Positions 10,721-21,739 are shown, numbered from the stretch's first letter. The stretch: 64,000 nucleotides of DNA from an uncultured bacterium (GCA_963790795.1 CAWBPO010000001.1:38675-102674), one strand, 5' to 3'. Notes: generated by a model not told the origin, from the letters alone. Made by a program: numbers and translations.

Positions 10721-13700
10721 TTAAAAAATTTCTTTTGGTTTTTCTTTTACTTCAATGCTAAGGCCTAACGACTTTAACTCAGCCACCAGAAGATTGAAGG
10801 AAGCGGGAATGCTCGGAGCTTTTATTTCCTCTCCCTTTAATATTGCTTCGTAAGTGGCTGCTCTTCCCGACATATCGTCAGATTTTATAGTCAGCATTTC
10901 CTGAAGAGTATTGGCTGCGCCGTATCCTTCAAGCGCCCAGACTTCCATTTCCCCGAATCTTTGTCCGCCAAACTGAGCTTTTCCTCCAAGCGGCTGCTGG
11001 GTAATCAGAGAATACGGCCCTATTGAACGCATATGGATCTTATCTTCAACCATATGAATCAGCTTCATCATATATATGTATCCGACAGTAATGCTCTTTG
11101 GAAAAACTAACCCTGTTCTGCCGTCATACAAAATAATTTTTCCGTCTTCAGGAAGGTTAGCTATTTTTAACTCTTTCTTAATGTCTGATTCTGTTGCTCC
11201 GGCCAAGGACGGCGTAATAGCCTGGATTCCTAAAGTCTTGGCAGCCCAACCCAAATGCGTTTCCAAAATCTGTCCTAAATTCATTCTGGAAGCCACGCTC
11301 ATCGGATTCAAAATAATATCAACTGGCGTGCCGTCTGCCATAAAAGGCATTTCTTCAACCGGCAAAACTTTTGAAATTACTCCTTTGTTTCCGTGGCGGC
11401 CTGCCAATTTGTCGCCAGCTTTGATTTCTCTTAATTGGGCCACTTCCACTTCAATCTTTTTTATCACTCCTGGCTCCAATTTATGTCCGAACTCCCTGGA
11501 AAAAACTTTAACGCCAACCACTCTTCCTCTTTTTCCGTGTTCCATTAGAAGGGAACTGTCTTTTATTTCCCTGGCCTTTTCCCCGAAAATAGCCCTTAAC
11601 AACCTTTCTTCAGCAGTTAAATCAGCTTCGCCTTTAGGTGAAATTTTGCCGACTAAAATATCATTCGGACCGACCTCGGCTCCGACTCTAATAATTCCCT
11701 CTTCGTCCAAATCCTTCAGCTTTTCCTCAGAAACGTTGGGAATATCAGAAGTTGTCAGCTCCGGCCCGAGTTTCGTTTCCCTGACATCGCAGGCAAAGCT
11801 TTCAATATGAATTGAAGTGTAAGCATCGTCTTTTGCCAATTTCTCGGAAATGATAATTGAATCTTCAAAGTTGCCTCCTCTCCAAGGCATAAAAGCAACC
11901 AAAATGTTCCGGCCCAAAGCCAAAGACCCTTGAGCAATTGAACCGCCGTCAGTTAAAATGTCTCCTTTTCTGACTTTCTGATTTTTTTTGACAATGGTCT
12001 TTTGGTGAAAACAAGTGTATTGGTTTGTTCTAATGAAAGTTTTTAAATTGTAGGTCCTTAATTTTGCTGTTTTTCCTTTTGTCCTGATAACAATATGGTT
12101 TGCATCAGCTTCACAAACAGTGCCGTCGTCTTGGGCTACTATTACCTGGCCTGAATCTTGAGCCACTTTCTCTTCAACGCCAGTAGCAACCAAAGGAGGT
12201 TCAGGATTGAACAAAGGAACTGACTGTCTTTGCATATTAGAACCCATCAAAGCCCTGTTTGCATCGTCATTTTGCAAGGAAAGGAATACAGGAAGTGGCA
12301 ATAGAAATTGATTGTTCTGAAGAAACGTCAATAAAATCAATTTTATCCTTATCCATAACCCCAGGCTCTCCTTTTATTCTGGCTTCCACTTTTTCCGGAA
12401 TAATATATCCTTTATTGTCAATTAATACGGCGCCGGAAGCAATATTGTATTTTTCTTCCTCGTAAGCATTAAGGTAATGGATTTCCGAAGTTACCCTTCT
12501 TTTATCAACTTTGAAATATGGGGTTTCCAAAAACCCATACTGGTTTATTCTGGCAAAAGAAGCCATGTGTCCGACCAATCCAATGTTCGGACCTTCAGGA
12601 GTTTGAATGGGGCATATTCTGCCGTAATGAGAAGGCTGGACATCCCTGACTTCAAAACCAGCTCTTTCTCGGGTTAAACCGCCAGGCCCTGTGGAAGATA
12701 ATCTTCTTTTGTGCTCTAACTCAGCTAAAGGATTTTCATTATCCATGAATTGGGACAGCTGGGAAGAAGTGAAGAATTCTTTGACCACTGCCATAAAAGG
12801 CCTTGGGTTTATCAGTTGGGCAGGAGTAAGCGTACTAACGTCAAGTGTGGACATTCTGTCCTTAATAATTCTTTCCATTCTCATTAATCCCACTCTTAAT
12901 CTGTTTTGTATGAGTTCGTTTAAGGTTCTGACCCTTCTATTGCCCAAGTGGTCAATCTGATCCGGTTTTGCATCTGGAGTGTTGTTCAATCTGATAATCT
13001 CTTTTATTACGGCGACCACATCCTCTAAGGCAAGAATCCTCTCTTTCACCTTTATTTCTCCCTCTTTTGAATTTTTACTTTTCAATTTTGCATTTTGCAT
13101 TTTGCTCTCGCTTGCGAGGAACTTGTTCATTTTTGCATTCAGCGACGGTAGTCGCTGTAGCATTCTCCACCTCCCTACTTTAGACAAATCATATCTTTCA
13201 AAATTAAAAAACATGTTCTCAATCAATTCTCTGGCAGTGTCCGGGGTCGCCAAATCGCCCGGCCTTAATCTCTGGTAAATCTCCACAAAAGCCTCTGCCT
13301 GGTTATGGGTTGTGTCTCTTTTCAAGGTTTCTTCAATGTATTTTATCTCTCCTCTGTCAACGTCTTGAAAGGCTTCTTTAATTGATTCGTCTTTTTCAAT
13401 GCCAAAAGCCCTTAGCAAAGTTGTGGCCATTATTTTCCTTCTTCTGTCTATTTTCAATCCGATTGCTCCTGATGTTTCTGTGTCAAATTCAAGCCAGGCT
13501 CCCCGATTGGGAATAATTTTAGCTCCGAAAGTGTCTCTGCCTGAAACTTTTTGGCCTGTGAAAAAAGCGCCAGGAGAACGAATCAGCTGGGAAATAGTCA
13601 CTCTTTCCACGCCATTGACAATAAAAGTTCCCCTTTCTGTCATTAAGGGGAAATCAGTTAAAAAAACCTCCTGCTCTTTGATTTCTTTTGTTTTTAAATT

Positions 13701-13970
13701 GACCAGCTTTGTTTTGACTCTTAAAGAACCTTCGAAAGAATCGTTGTTTTGCTTTGCCTCTAGATCAGTTTTATATTTTGATTCTTCCAATTTAAAATTT
13801 AAAAACCAAAGTTCAAGCTCTTTGCCAGTATAATCTTTAATCGGAGAAATTTCCTGGAAAAGCTCTTTCAAGTCCCTGTCCCAAAACAGCTGCCAGTTGT
13901 CTTTTTGTATGGAGATCAAGTAAGGAAGAGAAAGGGAAACTTTTGCTTTTGTGAAGTTTTTAGTCTTCAT
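10721..13970 (-). CDS. rpoB: RNA polymerase beta subunit (split by a +1 frameshift near 12278-12282, probably an assembly error)
   Basis: Two ORFs (12267-13970 and 10721-12340) join at [21 protein letters not shown] if one C is removed from ttcCttg; [12 protein letters not shown] and GGQRFGEME motifs. Confidence 0.97.
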
Positions 13971-14118
13971 ATGGGATTAAAACACCAAAAATACCCCAAA
14001 CAAACAAAATTCTGGGGCAAAAAATTATTTTGATTTTTTATAACAAGGAGGGAAACAAGATGATATTAAAAACTCTGTTTAATTTTATCTCAGAAAATCA
14101 CAGTAAATGGTAAATTTA

Positions 14119-14147
14119 ATATTACTCTTTTTATGGAAACCTGTCAA
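14119..14147 (-). promoter_or_regulatory. Sigma70-type promoter for rpoBC
   Basis: TTGACA-17 bp-TAATAT on the minus strand ~150 nt upstream of rpoB. Confidence 0.7.
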
Positions 14148-14177
14148 TAGCTTTGGATTTCTGGCGTAAAATAGCGG

Positions 14178-16514
14178 CTATTCTTCTGTTTGTGTCAGAT
14201 TGTTGATTTTTGATATGACGTCGGCATTGCCCGGGTTCAATTCAAGCACTCTTTCAAAGTAAGCTAAAGCTTTGTCTGTTTGCCCTTTTTTCTGATAAGC
14301 CAAACCCAAAGAATAAAGAGAATTGGAATGGGACGGAAAAAGCTGAACCGACTTTTCAAATTGAGCAATCGCTTTGTCTACTTGATTGTTGTTAAGATAA
14401 AGACGGCCTAATTGAAAAATAGCTTCAACATTTAAAGGAAAAGAAGTAACCAAAACTTCCATTTGTTTTATCGCTTCTTCTGCGTTGTTTTCTTGTTCAT
14501 AAACTAAAGCCAATTGTATTGAAGCGTCAATATAATCAGGTTTTAATTCTTTTGCTTTGCTGAAATTCTCTTTTGCTTTTTCAATGTCATTGGAAAACAA
14601 ATAAAGCTTGCCCACTTCTGTTCTTAAAACAGGATTTATCGGCTCCAAGCTAATCGCTTTTTCAAAATACTGTATTCCCCATTTTAAAACTTCCTGTCCT
14701 CCCATCATAACCCTGAAATCGCGGTAAATTATTCCCAAAGTTTCCTGAACAGCCACTCTGTTCGGACTTATTTTATCAACTCCTTTTATTGTGATTGTGC
14801 TGCTTGGGTTAGCGTTCGGATTCAAACATACTTCAAATACTTCTCCGCCTTTTGCATGGGCAAGCGCCAAAGAAGCGTTGCAAATCAACTGATTTTGGTC
14901 AAGTACTCCCTCTTCAATGAGAGAGTTAGCTTTTCCCAAATAATACCTTGCCAAAAAAATCTTATATTGCGGTTGATAAGGATTAAGTTTTGCCGCTTGT
15001 TCCAATGATTCAACGTTGTTTTCTTCCAGCCCTTTTCTGTAATTAACATCAGCTAAATAAAATTGCGCGGCAAAGAAATAAACTCCCAAAAAAAGCAGAA
15101 TAATAATTATGAGCAGGATAGAAAAAATCAAAGACATTTCCGGAAATTTCTTGAAAGAAATTGTTTTTTCTTCCTCTGATTCGCTCTTCGACGAATGCCA
15201 ACTTGCCGCAGATAATCCCAAAACCAGCCAAAAAGCAAAAGCTAATATTGTATTTTGATAGTAAAAAAACTGTCCGAAAAACAAAGCTAAAAAGAACACC
15301 AACAATGGTATGCTGTTCTTGTTTTTTTGCAAAAAAACATAGCTGATTAGCAAAAACAAGCTGATTAAAATAATGTAAGAAATTATGCCTAAAAATCCCA
15401 TTGTTCCCAACACTTCAGCAAAATAATTCCCCGGCCTATCAATCCTTATCTGCCAAAAAGCGCTCTGGTTAAAGCTTAAAGGCTTGAATTTTGAAAAGTC
15501 ATAATGAAAAGTGCCAATGCCAGACCCCAAAAACCCGGACTTTACGTTTTCAGTTGCCGATTTTAATCCGATAATCCAGGAATCTCCCTGACCTAAAAAT
15601 TGTTCCTGCAGAAGGTTATTTTTCAAAATCAATCCCTGCAAGCCGGAAGTGTTGATAAAAACAAGGGTAAAAGCTAAAATGGCAAAAAATATCGGCAGTA
15701 AAAGTTTGTTGACGTCTTCCTTAAACATTCTTTTCCATAAAACAAAGGGCAAAAACAGAATCAAGCTTAAAAATATTATCAGCCAGGCCACTTTAGAATC
15801 AATAATCAGCAGCAATATTGAAATTGCAACTAACAATAAATAATTAAATATCTGGCCGTTTGGTTTTTTCTTTTTGTCAGAAATCAAAATTCTGCCGATT
15901 AGAAACACCGAAATTATGCTTAAAAATACAGCCAGTCCGTCCATACTTGCCGTAACGGGATTAAAGCCTGATTGCAGCATTATTGCTGGCAAGGAAAACT
16001 TGCCTACAAACAAACTGTTTATTTTTTCGAAAACTCCGAAGATTGAAAAATAGCTGAACAAAACGACAAAAAAAGCAGACCAAAAGAACGTTTTCAGCAG
16101 CGATTGAACGGTTAATAAAGAATGAACTGCTCCTTCTTTTGTTTCTTTTTCAATTCCAACGTTATTGGTTATCAAGAAATAAAACAAACAAAAACTGAAC
16201 AGTCCTATCAAGCTGTCTGAGAATCTTCCGTAAAATCCGAATAAGCTTGAAAGCTTATCAACTGAAAATATCGCGCTAAAAACAGCAATAAAGAAAAACG
16301 CCAAAACAAAAATATTCAGAGGCGACTTCTTAAATTTAATTTCTTTATCAAATAGAATCATCTTTGCCAACCAGGTCAAAAACGCCAGAGAAACTAAAAA
16401 GAACAAAAGATACTGTTTGTTTAATTCAAACTTTTCAAAAGAAAAAGGCAGAAAAAACAAAGGCAGTAAAAAGACCAACAAATGGATACTCCAAGTTATA
16501 ATTTTGTTATACAT
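14178..16514 (-). CDS. Polytopic membrane protein, O-antigen-ligase-like membrane region plus C-terminal TPR repeats (paralog of 52520-54850)
   Basis: Roughly a dozen hydrophobic segments, GSGIGTF motif, several TPR units (AIFQLGRLY, SLYSLGLAY...ERVLELNP). Confidence 0.75.
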   Translation of the reverse strand: MYNKIITWSIHLLVFLLPLFFLPFSFEKFELNKQYLLFFLVSLAFLTWLAKMILFDKEIKFKKSPLNIFVLAFFFIAVFSAIFSVDKLSSLFGFYGRFSDSLIGLFSFCLFYFLITNNVGIEKETKEGAVHSLLTVQSLLKTFFWSAFFVVLFSYFSIFGVFEKINSLFVGKFSLPAIMLQSGFNPVTASMDGLAVFLSIISVFLIGRILISDKKKKPNGQIFNYLLLVAISILLLIIDSKVAWLIIFLSLILFLPFVLWKRMFKEDVNKLLLPIFFAILAFTLVFINTSGLQGLILKNNLLQEQFLGQGDSWIIGLKSATENVKSGFLGSGIGTFHYDFSKFKPLSFNQSAFWQIRIDRPGNYFAEVLGTMGFLGIISYIILISLFLLISYVFLQKNKNSIPLLVFFLALFFGQFFYYQNTILAFAFWLVLGLSAASWHSSKSESEEEKTISFKKFPEMSLIFSILLIIIILLFLGVYFFAAQFYLADVNYRKGLEENNVESLEQAAKLNPYQPQYKIFLARYYLGKANSLIEEGVLDQNQLICNASLALAHAKGGEVFEVCLNPNANPSSTITIKGVDKISPNRVAVQETLGIIYRDFRVMMGGQEVLKWGIQYFEKAISLEPINPVLRTEVGKLYLFSNDIEKAKENFSKAKELKPDYIDASIQLALVYEQENNAEEAIKQMEVLVTSFPLNVEAIFQLGRLYLNNNQVDKAIAQFEKSVQLFPSHSNSLYSLGLAYQKKGQTDKALAYFERVLELNPGNADVISKINNLTQTEE

Positions 16515-16562
16515 AGTATAATTCTGTTAATATATTTATTATACAACTTTTTTGTGAGTTTA

Positions 16563-16580
16563 TTGAGGACTCTCCTCAAC
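16563..16580. repeat. REP-like hairpin, family A (TTGAGG-N-CCTCAA)
   Basis: ttgagga-ctc-tcctcaa; near-exact inverted copy at 20831-20849. Confidence 0.75.
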
Positions 16581-16595
16581 AGCTTTATAATAGCT

Positions 16596-16985
16596 TTAAA
16601 TTATGTTTTCGTAATGGTTTAAACGTTCCATAGTATTATTATACCTTAAAACTACGCATACTGCATCCACTCGATAAGGTCCTTGCCATTTCTTCCACGT
16701 CGCATAAGCCCTCGCATTACCCCAAAGCTTTCTCAATTTTTTGTTATTAATAGTGTCTTCCGGCGTGCCGAAATTCTCTCCCTTCTTCGTCCTCACCTCC
16801 ACAAAGACCATTTCATTTCCTTTTTTAGCGACTAAATCAATTTCCGCATATTTTGTTTTGTAATTTTGCTCAATTATTTTATATCCTTTTTTCTCCAAAT
16901 ACTCCTTTGCAATTTCTTCTCCTATTTTCCCTGTCTCCAAATGTGCCTGTTGAGGTTCGTCCTCAACAGGCCTAAATTGATTCAT
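16596..16985 (-). CDS. yraN: YraN family PD-(D/E)xK nuclease-like protein
   Basis: G..GE..A..YL..KGY.I...N, EIDLVA, VFVEVRTK, YRVDAV. Confidence 0.92.
   Translation of the reverse strand: MNQFRPVEDEPQQAHLETGKIGEEIAKEYLEKKGYKIIEQNYKTKYAEIDLVAKKGNEMVFVEVRTKKGENFGTPEDTINNKKLRKLWGNARAYATWKKWQGPYRVDAVCVVLRYNNTMERLNHYENII
16945..16971. repeat. REP-like hairpin family A at the comM/yraN junction
   Basis: gcctgttgagg-ttcgt-cctcaacaggc, perfect 11-bp stem; reads in frame as RPVEDEPQQA in YraN. Confidence 0.8.
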
Positions 16986-18507
16986 ATATTTTTGGCCGGT
17001 ACTGCAAGGTTTCGGCCATATGGGAAACAGTTATTTCCGATGCTCCCTCCAAATCAGCGATAGTGCGGGCGACTTTAATCATTTTCATATAAGACCTTGC
17101 GGATAATTGAAATTTCATACTCGCTTGCTTTAAAAGTTGCTCCACTTCCTTTATCAGTTTGCAGTATTTTTTAATGTGGCTGTTTTTCATCTGGGCGTTT
17201 GATTGGATAGGTTCTTCCTTAAAACGCTTTTCCTGTCTTTCCCTTGCTAAGATTACTCTTTTTCTGATTGTCTCCGACGATTCCAAGAATTCCGAGGCTT
17301 TTTGATTTTCTGAAAATTCTTCCACATCGACCGGCTGAACGGTAATATGCAAGTCAATTCTGTCCAAGATGGGACCAGAAATCCGCTTTTGATATTTTCT
17401 TATTTGGCGGGGAGTACAAACGCAATTTTTCTTCGGATGATTCAAATAACCGCAAGGACAGGGATTGGCAGAAGCCACAAGCATAAAATCCGCAGGATAT
17501 CTTACTATTTCTTTACTTCTTGAAATAGTAAGATAGCCTTCCTCCAGGGGCTGACGCATTGCCTCCATGACTTGCCTTGGAAACTCATTAAATTCATCGA
17601 GAAAGAGAACTCCTCTGTGAGCCAAACTTATTTCGCCGGGGTGCGGTCTTGTACCACCGCCGATTAGTCCTACTGGAGAAGCTGTGTGGTGCGGCACTCT
17701 GAATTGTCGATAAGTTATTACAGAGCCTCCTGGAGGAATATTGCCTGCTACAGAATATATTTTAGTTACTTCTAACGATTCTTCTTCGGTTAAAGGAGAC
17801 ATAATCCCCGGTAAAGCTCTGGCCAACATTGTTTTCCCGGAACCAGGACTTCCCACCATAATAATGTTATGGCCGCCGGCTGCAGCTATCTCTACTGCTC
17901 TCTTTGCTTGTTCTTGCCCTAAAATTTCTTTCATATCAAACTCTGCTGGAATAGGTAATCTGTCTTCAGGTTCTTTATAAACAGCAGGTTCAATCAATTT
18001 CCTTCCTAAAAAGTGCGAAATAAGTTGAAAAAGGTTTTCTACGGGGTATACTTTTATTCCTTTAATCACCGCTGCTTCGTTTGCTGAATCCTTGGGAACA
18101 AATAAATTTTTAAATCCTTTCTCTTTGGTAAAAAGCGCCAGTAGAAACGCTCCTTTTGTGTGCCTCAAAGAACCATCAAGTGATAATTCCCCGAAAAACA
18201 GAGATTCTTCAGGTATGTCAAATTGCAAAATGCTTCTCAAAATTCCCAAAGCAATCGGCAAATCGTAAAACGAACCTTCTTTTGGGATGTCGGCTGGAGC
18301 CAAATTGACGGTAATTTTCTTTGCCGGGAACTCAATACCCGAACTTAAAATTGCAGCCCTGACTCTCTCTTTGCTTTCATCCACCGCTTTGTCCGGTAAA
18401 CCGACAATCTCAAATCCAGGCAGGCCTCTGTTTGCCAAATTCACTTCAACATCCACTTTAATTGTTTCCAATCCCGAATTAGCGGCTGATGAAACCTTAA
18501 TTAACAT
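16972..18507 (-). CDS. comM: ComM/YifB Mg-chelatase-like AAA+ ATPase
   Basis: IVGLPDKAVDESKERVR, NLAPADIPKEG, GSPGSGKT, GEISLAHRGVLFLDE, NPCPCG, LSARSY. Confidence 0.96.
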   Translation of the reverse strand: MLIKVSSAANSGLETIKVDVEVNLANRGLPGFEIVGLPDKAVDESKERVRAAILSSGIEFPAKKITVNLAPADIPKEGSFYDLPIALGILRSILQFDIPEESLFFGELSLDGSLRHTKGAFLLALFTKEKGFKNLFVPKDSANEAAVIKGIKVYPVENLFQLISHFLGRKLIEPAVYKEPEDRLPIPAEFDMKEILGQEQAKRAVEIAAAGGHNIIMVGSPGSGKTMLARALPGIMSPLTEEESLEVTKIYSVAGNIPPGGSVITYRQFRVPHHTASPVGLIGGGTRPHPGEISLAHRGVLFLDEFNEFPRQVMEAMRQPLEEGYLTISRSKEIVRYPADFMLVASANPCPCGYLNHPKKNCVCTPRQIRKYQKRISGPILDRIDLHITVQPVDVEEFSENQKASEFLESSETIRKRVILARERQEKRFKEEPIQSNAQMKNSHIKKYCKLIKEVEQLLKQASMKFQLSARSYMKMIKVARTIADLEGASEITVSHMAETLQYRPKIYESI

Positions 18508-19393
18508 AATATTTATTGTCCTCTTGTTGGATAAAACCTTTCAATTGCATTAAAGACAGAGTGGTTCCAACTTTTGAAACTGAAATACCTAATATTCTGG
18601 CTAAAATATCTGCTTCTAATGGTTCTTTTTTTAAATGCTCAATAATTCTTCTTTCAATATCATCTTTTAACTGCCCATTAATCTGTTGAGGTCTAATCTG
18701 TTGAGGTCTAACCTCAACAGATTCTTTACTTGGTATAATTTTGTAAAAATTCAGAATATCCCTGGCTCCGGTCGCTACCTCAGCTCCTTCTTTAATAAGC
18801 TGTAACGTTCCTTTTGACACTTCGCTTGTGATAGGACCCGGCACGGCGAATATTTTCCTTCCGAATTTTTTGGCGAATTCTGCCGTAATCAGTGTTCCGC
18901 TGTTTAACCCCGCTTCTACAATTAAAACCGCTTTTGATAGCCCTGCCACTATCCTGTTTCTTTTGGGGTAAGTCCAGGTCGCTGGCGGAAATTTTCCCTC
19001 AAACTCGGAAATAATCAATCCTTTATTTTCCAGAATTTTATTGTAAAGCTCTTCTTGCTCTTCAGGATGTATTATATTTATTCCGCAAGGCATTACAGCT
19101 ATTGTCCTGCCACCTGCTTCTACTGTGGCCTTGTGAGCGGCTTCGTCTCCGCCATACATAAATCCGGAAACTATAGTCACGCCAGCCGCCGCGATTTCCG
19201 TTACCAATTGCTCTGTTATTTTCCTTCCGTAACTGGTCAAACGCCTTGAGCCGACCACTGATAAACAATTATCAAAAATCTTCCCATCCCAATCGCCCTT
19301 ATAATAAAGTTTTTCCGGCGCCTCCTTGCCGATTTTTCTTAACAATTCCGGATATCTTTTATCTTGTATATTTATTATATTTTCTTCTTTCAT
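18497..19393 (-). CDS. dprA: DNA-processing protein DprA
   Basis: VVGSR, IVSGFMYGGD..AH, RNRIVAGLS, VEAG..SGTLITA, AVPG, C-terminal wHTH; start placed at MKEENII. Confidence 0.96.
   Translation of the reverse strand: MKEENIINIQDKRYPELLRKIGKEAPEKLYYKGDWDGKIFDNCLSVVGSRRLTSYGRKITEQLVTEIAAAGVTIVSGFMYGGDEAAHKATVEAGGRTIAVMPCGINIIHPEEQEELYNKILENKGLIISEFEGKFPPATWTYPKRNRIVAGLSKAVLIVEAGLNSGTLITAEFAKKFGRKIFAVPGPITSEVSKGTLQLIKEGAEVATGARDILNFYKIIPSKESVEVRPQQIRPQQINGQLKDDIERRIIEHLKKEPLEADILARILGISVSKVGTTLSLMQLKGFIQQEDNKYYVN
18679..18723. repeat. REP-like hairpin family A with a 15-bp tandem arm duplication inside dprA
   Basis: aatctgttgaggt-cta-acctcaacagatt preceded by a duplicated taatctgttgaggtc; encodes EVRPQQIRPQQ in the linker before the wHTH. 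Confidence 0.8.
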
Positions 19394-19398
19394 AGATT

Positions 19399-19419
19399 TG
19401 TTGAAGACCCTCCTCAACA
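19399..19419. repeat. REP-like hairpin family A between comF and dprA
   Basis: tgttgaagaccctcctcaaca, imperfect palindrome. Confidence 0.65.
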
Positions 19420-19424
19420 GTCAA

Positions 19425-20063
19425 TTAAACGGTGCGGGCGAGAGTAAAACCCCAAACTTTTTTTACTCCCGACCTTTTTAATACTCTGCAACATTCTTGC
19501 ATCGTCGCTCCGCTTGTCCAGACATCGTCTACTAACAAAACATTATTATGGCAATTTATTCCCTTTTTTCTATGGAAAGAATCTTTAACGTTAACCATTC
19601 TCTCTTCTTTGTTTAATTCGGTTTGAGATGGCGTATCTTTTATTTTTTCAAGCAAGGCTAATACTTCTCTACCAGTTATTTCCCCCACCTTTTTGGCAAT
19701 CAACTCCGCCTGATTAAATCCTCTTCGTTTTTCTTTTTTCTTGAACATCGGCACAAAAGTTATTGTCGTGTTTTCCGGAATATACGGCTCTCTTATCTCA
19801 AAAGCCATTTCAACAAGTTCATTTATCGCATCAAACATACTTTCGTATTTAATTTTAAAAATAATATTTTTAATCAATCCTTCATACTCCCACGCGCTAA
19901 CAACTTCTTCCAAGCCGCCCGCCATAAAAACAGTCGGGGCTTCGGAAAGAAATAAACCGCACTTTTCACAGATATATTTTCCCTCTTTTCCGCACGCTAC
20001 ACACATCCTGGGCGATAAAATATCTATTATTCCTTCTTTTATTTTATTTAATACCTCCTTCAT
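19425..20063 (-). CDS. comF: ComF(C) family amidophosphoribosyltransferase-like competence protein
   Basis: CxxC...CxxC zinc finger, RGFNQA, LLVDDVWTSGAT PRT motif. Confidence 0.94.
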   Translation of the reverse strand: MKEVLNKIKEGIIDILSPRMCVACGKEGKYICEKCGLFLSEAPTVFMAGGLEEVVSAWEYEGLIKNIIFKIKYESMFDAINELVEMAFEIREPYIPENTTITFVPMFKKKEKRRGFNQAELIAKKVGEITGREVLALLEKIKDTPSQTELNKEERMVNVKDSFHRKKGINCHNNVLLVDDVWTSGATMQECCRVLKRSGVKKVWGFTLARTV

Positions 20064-20097
20064 CCCTTGTCGGTTGATCTTAGACTTCAACCGATTT
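20059..20097. repeat. 39-bp direct repeat, copy 1, containing REP-like hairpin (TCGGTTGA-N9-TCAACCGA)
   Basis: ttcatcccttgtcggttgatcttagacttcaaccgattt; second copy at 21793-21831 with 2 mismatches; inverted hairpin copy at 20618-20642. Confidence 0.85.
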
Positions 20098-20809
20098 AAT
20101 TCTCCAGAGTTAATGTTCCTAATTTATCATCAAGATTCATTCTTACAAGGCATTGCTTAGCAAATTCTTTATATTCTTCCGGGCCGAAAAATAATTCTCC
20201 CAAAACATCTTTTTCAATAATTTGCGAATTTCTTTTTCCGGCATAATCAGCCAAACTGCAATATGGATATTGTACTGCCCATTCGTACGCTTTATCAAAA
20301 TTTTCTAACGCTTTTTGCAGCCCTTCCGGATACATTTCAAAAACATTTTTTACCTGAATATATACGCTTAAATATTTGAGATATATCTCTTCGTTTATTA
20401 TTTTTATTTTATAAGAACCCTGAAATAAACTTCCGACTTCCTGATATTTTGTATTAAAATAATTAGCCATTCCCGTACCCAATCTTCTCATAAATTTTGT
20501 TACGCCGCCTTCTTGAATTTCTTTCAAAAAAAGATGAAAGTGATTTTCTAAAAGGGTAAATGCTAAAATTTTTACCAGCGATTTGCGCTCAGGCCAATCT
20601 AACGGCCAATTGAACGATCGGTTGAAGTCTAAGATCAACCGACGATTAAGGTCGCGAAAAGGATTTATTGCTGTAAATTCGTCATTAAAGTAATACAGCA
20701 TTTCAAGGAAGTGCCATTTGTCTTTTTGATCTAGAACTATCGGCTGTTTCCTGTTGCCCCTGTTGTAAACGTGCGCAAATGAACCTGGTATAATTTTGTC
20801 TCTTTTCAT
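20096..20809 (-). mobile_element. REP-associated tyrosine transposase (RAYT, Y1 HUH family)
   Basis: HVYNRGN..QPI, AFTLLENHFHL (HUH), GSLFQGSYK, SVYIQ, YPYCS motifs; flanked by REP-like hairpins. Confidence 0.9.
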
Positions 20810-20830
20810 CTTTAAGCTGTTTAAGTTTGT

Positions 20831-20849
20831 GTTGAGGAGAGTCCTCAAC
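20831..20849. repeat. REP-like hairpin family A upstream of RAYT
   Basis: gttgagga-gag-tcctcaac. Confidence 0.75.
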
Positions 20850-20865
20850 GGATTCTCTCAGTCCT

Positions 20866-21483
20866 TCATATTTTTATTTTTTTGATTTCTTCTGTAAAAA
20901 AGGTTTCTATTTCTTTTTTAGTCACGCTTTCTTTCAAAAATTCAATTTCTACTTCTTCAATATCTTCAAGATAAACGAGTTGTTCCAAAAAAAGACGGGC
21001 ATTAAACTCATTGCCGTATTTTTTCCCAGAAATCTCTATTATTTCTTCAAGGGTAGCGTGTTTTTTTGAAACAATAAAAAAAAGGTCCGCGTAGTCCTTG
21101 AGTGAACCTCTTCTATTTATGGTGTAAGTCTTGGTCGCAGCAATTTCTTTAACGCTTAATAATCCGATCCCTTCGTAATCAACCAAATCAAATGTCAACG
21201 GAAAGGGATATTTTAAGAAAGTGGTTTTCAACCCATCAATAAAAACAGTAAGCTCATCTGGATTATTTACAGAAAGCGCTATTTTGTTGCCGTAAAAGAT
21301 CTTTTTGACTTTCGGAAATAAGTTCTTATCTATCTCTTCTCCTGAAAATAAATCAAAATCGACAGAAATGCGGTGGCCAATTTGCAAAGCCAAAGCGGTC
21401 CCGCCGGCAAGATAAAAATTATTAAAGTTTCTTAAAGCTGGTAATATCTCTCTAGCTTTTTCAGTTAGTACTTCTTGATGCAT
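20866..21483 (-). CDS. AbiEii/AbiGii-family nucleotidyltransferase toxin
   Basis: FYLAGGTALALQIGHRISVDFDLF, K...I..RG..KDY.DL. Confidence 0.9.
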   Translation of the reverse strand: MHQEVLTEKAREILPALRNFNNFYLAGGTALALQIGHRISVDFDLFSGEEIDKNLFPKVKKIFYGNKIALSVNNPDELTVFIDGLKTTFLKYPFPLTFDLVDYEGIGLLSVKEIAATKTYTINRRGSLKDYADLFFIVSKKHATLEEIIEISGKKYGNEFNARLFLEQLVYLEDIEEVEIEFLKESVTKKEIETFFTEEIKKIKI

Positions 21484-21739
21484 AATTGAATCTATTGATA
21501 TCAAAAATAATTGAGGCCAAGCGGCGAGCCCCCGGTCTCATTTCGCTTGCTCTGGTTTTTGCCAAAACTTCGCGGACTGCTTCTTTGCCATAGTTTTGCT
21601 TAAGCCAACGCCAGTGTTTAAGGTCTCCGTAATTGATTACATTAATAATAACAGTTTTTTTGTTTTTCTCCGGATTTAACTTATCTAAATCGTATGACCA
21701 TAAAATTGGCTTAAAATAATCTGGCAATTTTTTATTCAT
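21461..21739 (-). CDS. Small putative antitoxin (DUF6922-like) paired with the AbiEii toxin
   Basis: LWSYD...L......VI..VINYG....W.WL...YG.E pattern; overlaps the toxin start. Confidence 0.75.
   Translation of the reverse strand: MNKKLPDYFKPILWSYDLDKLNPEKNKKTVIINVINYGDLKHWRWLKQNYGKEAVREVLAKTRASEMRPGARRLASIIFDINRFNYASRSTN

Noticed and set aside
12267-12340. Split rpoB as a genuine two-piece beta subunit or programmed frameshift
   Set aside because: One extra C in a highly conserved motif restores the frame; there is no slippery site, and similar indels affect ligA, pilW and the giant gene.
6398-13833. Long antisense ORFs (e.g. 6398-7000, 11076-11810, 13399-13833)
   Set aside because: Shadow frames of ftsK/rpoB with no recognisable motifs.
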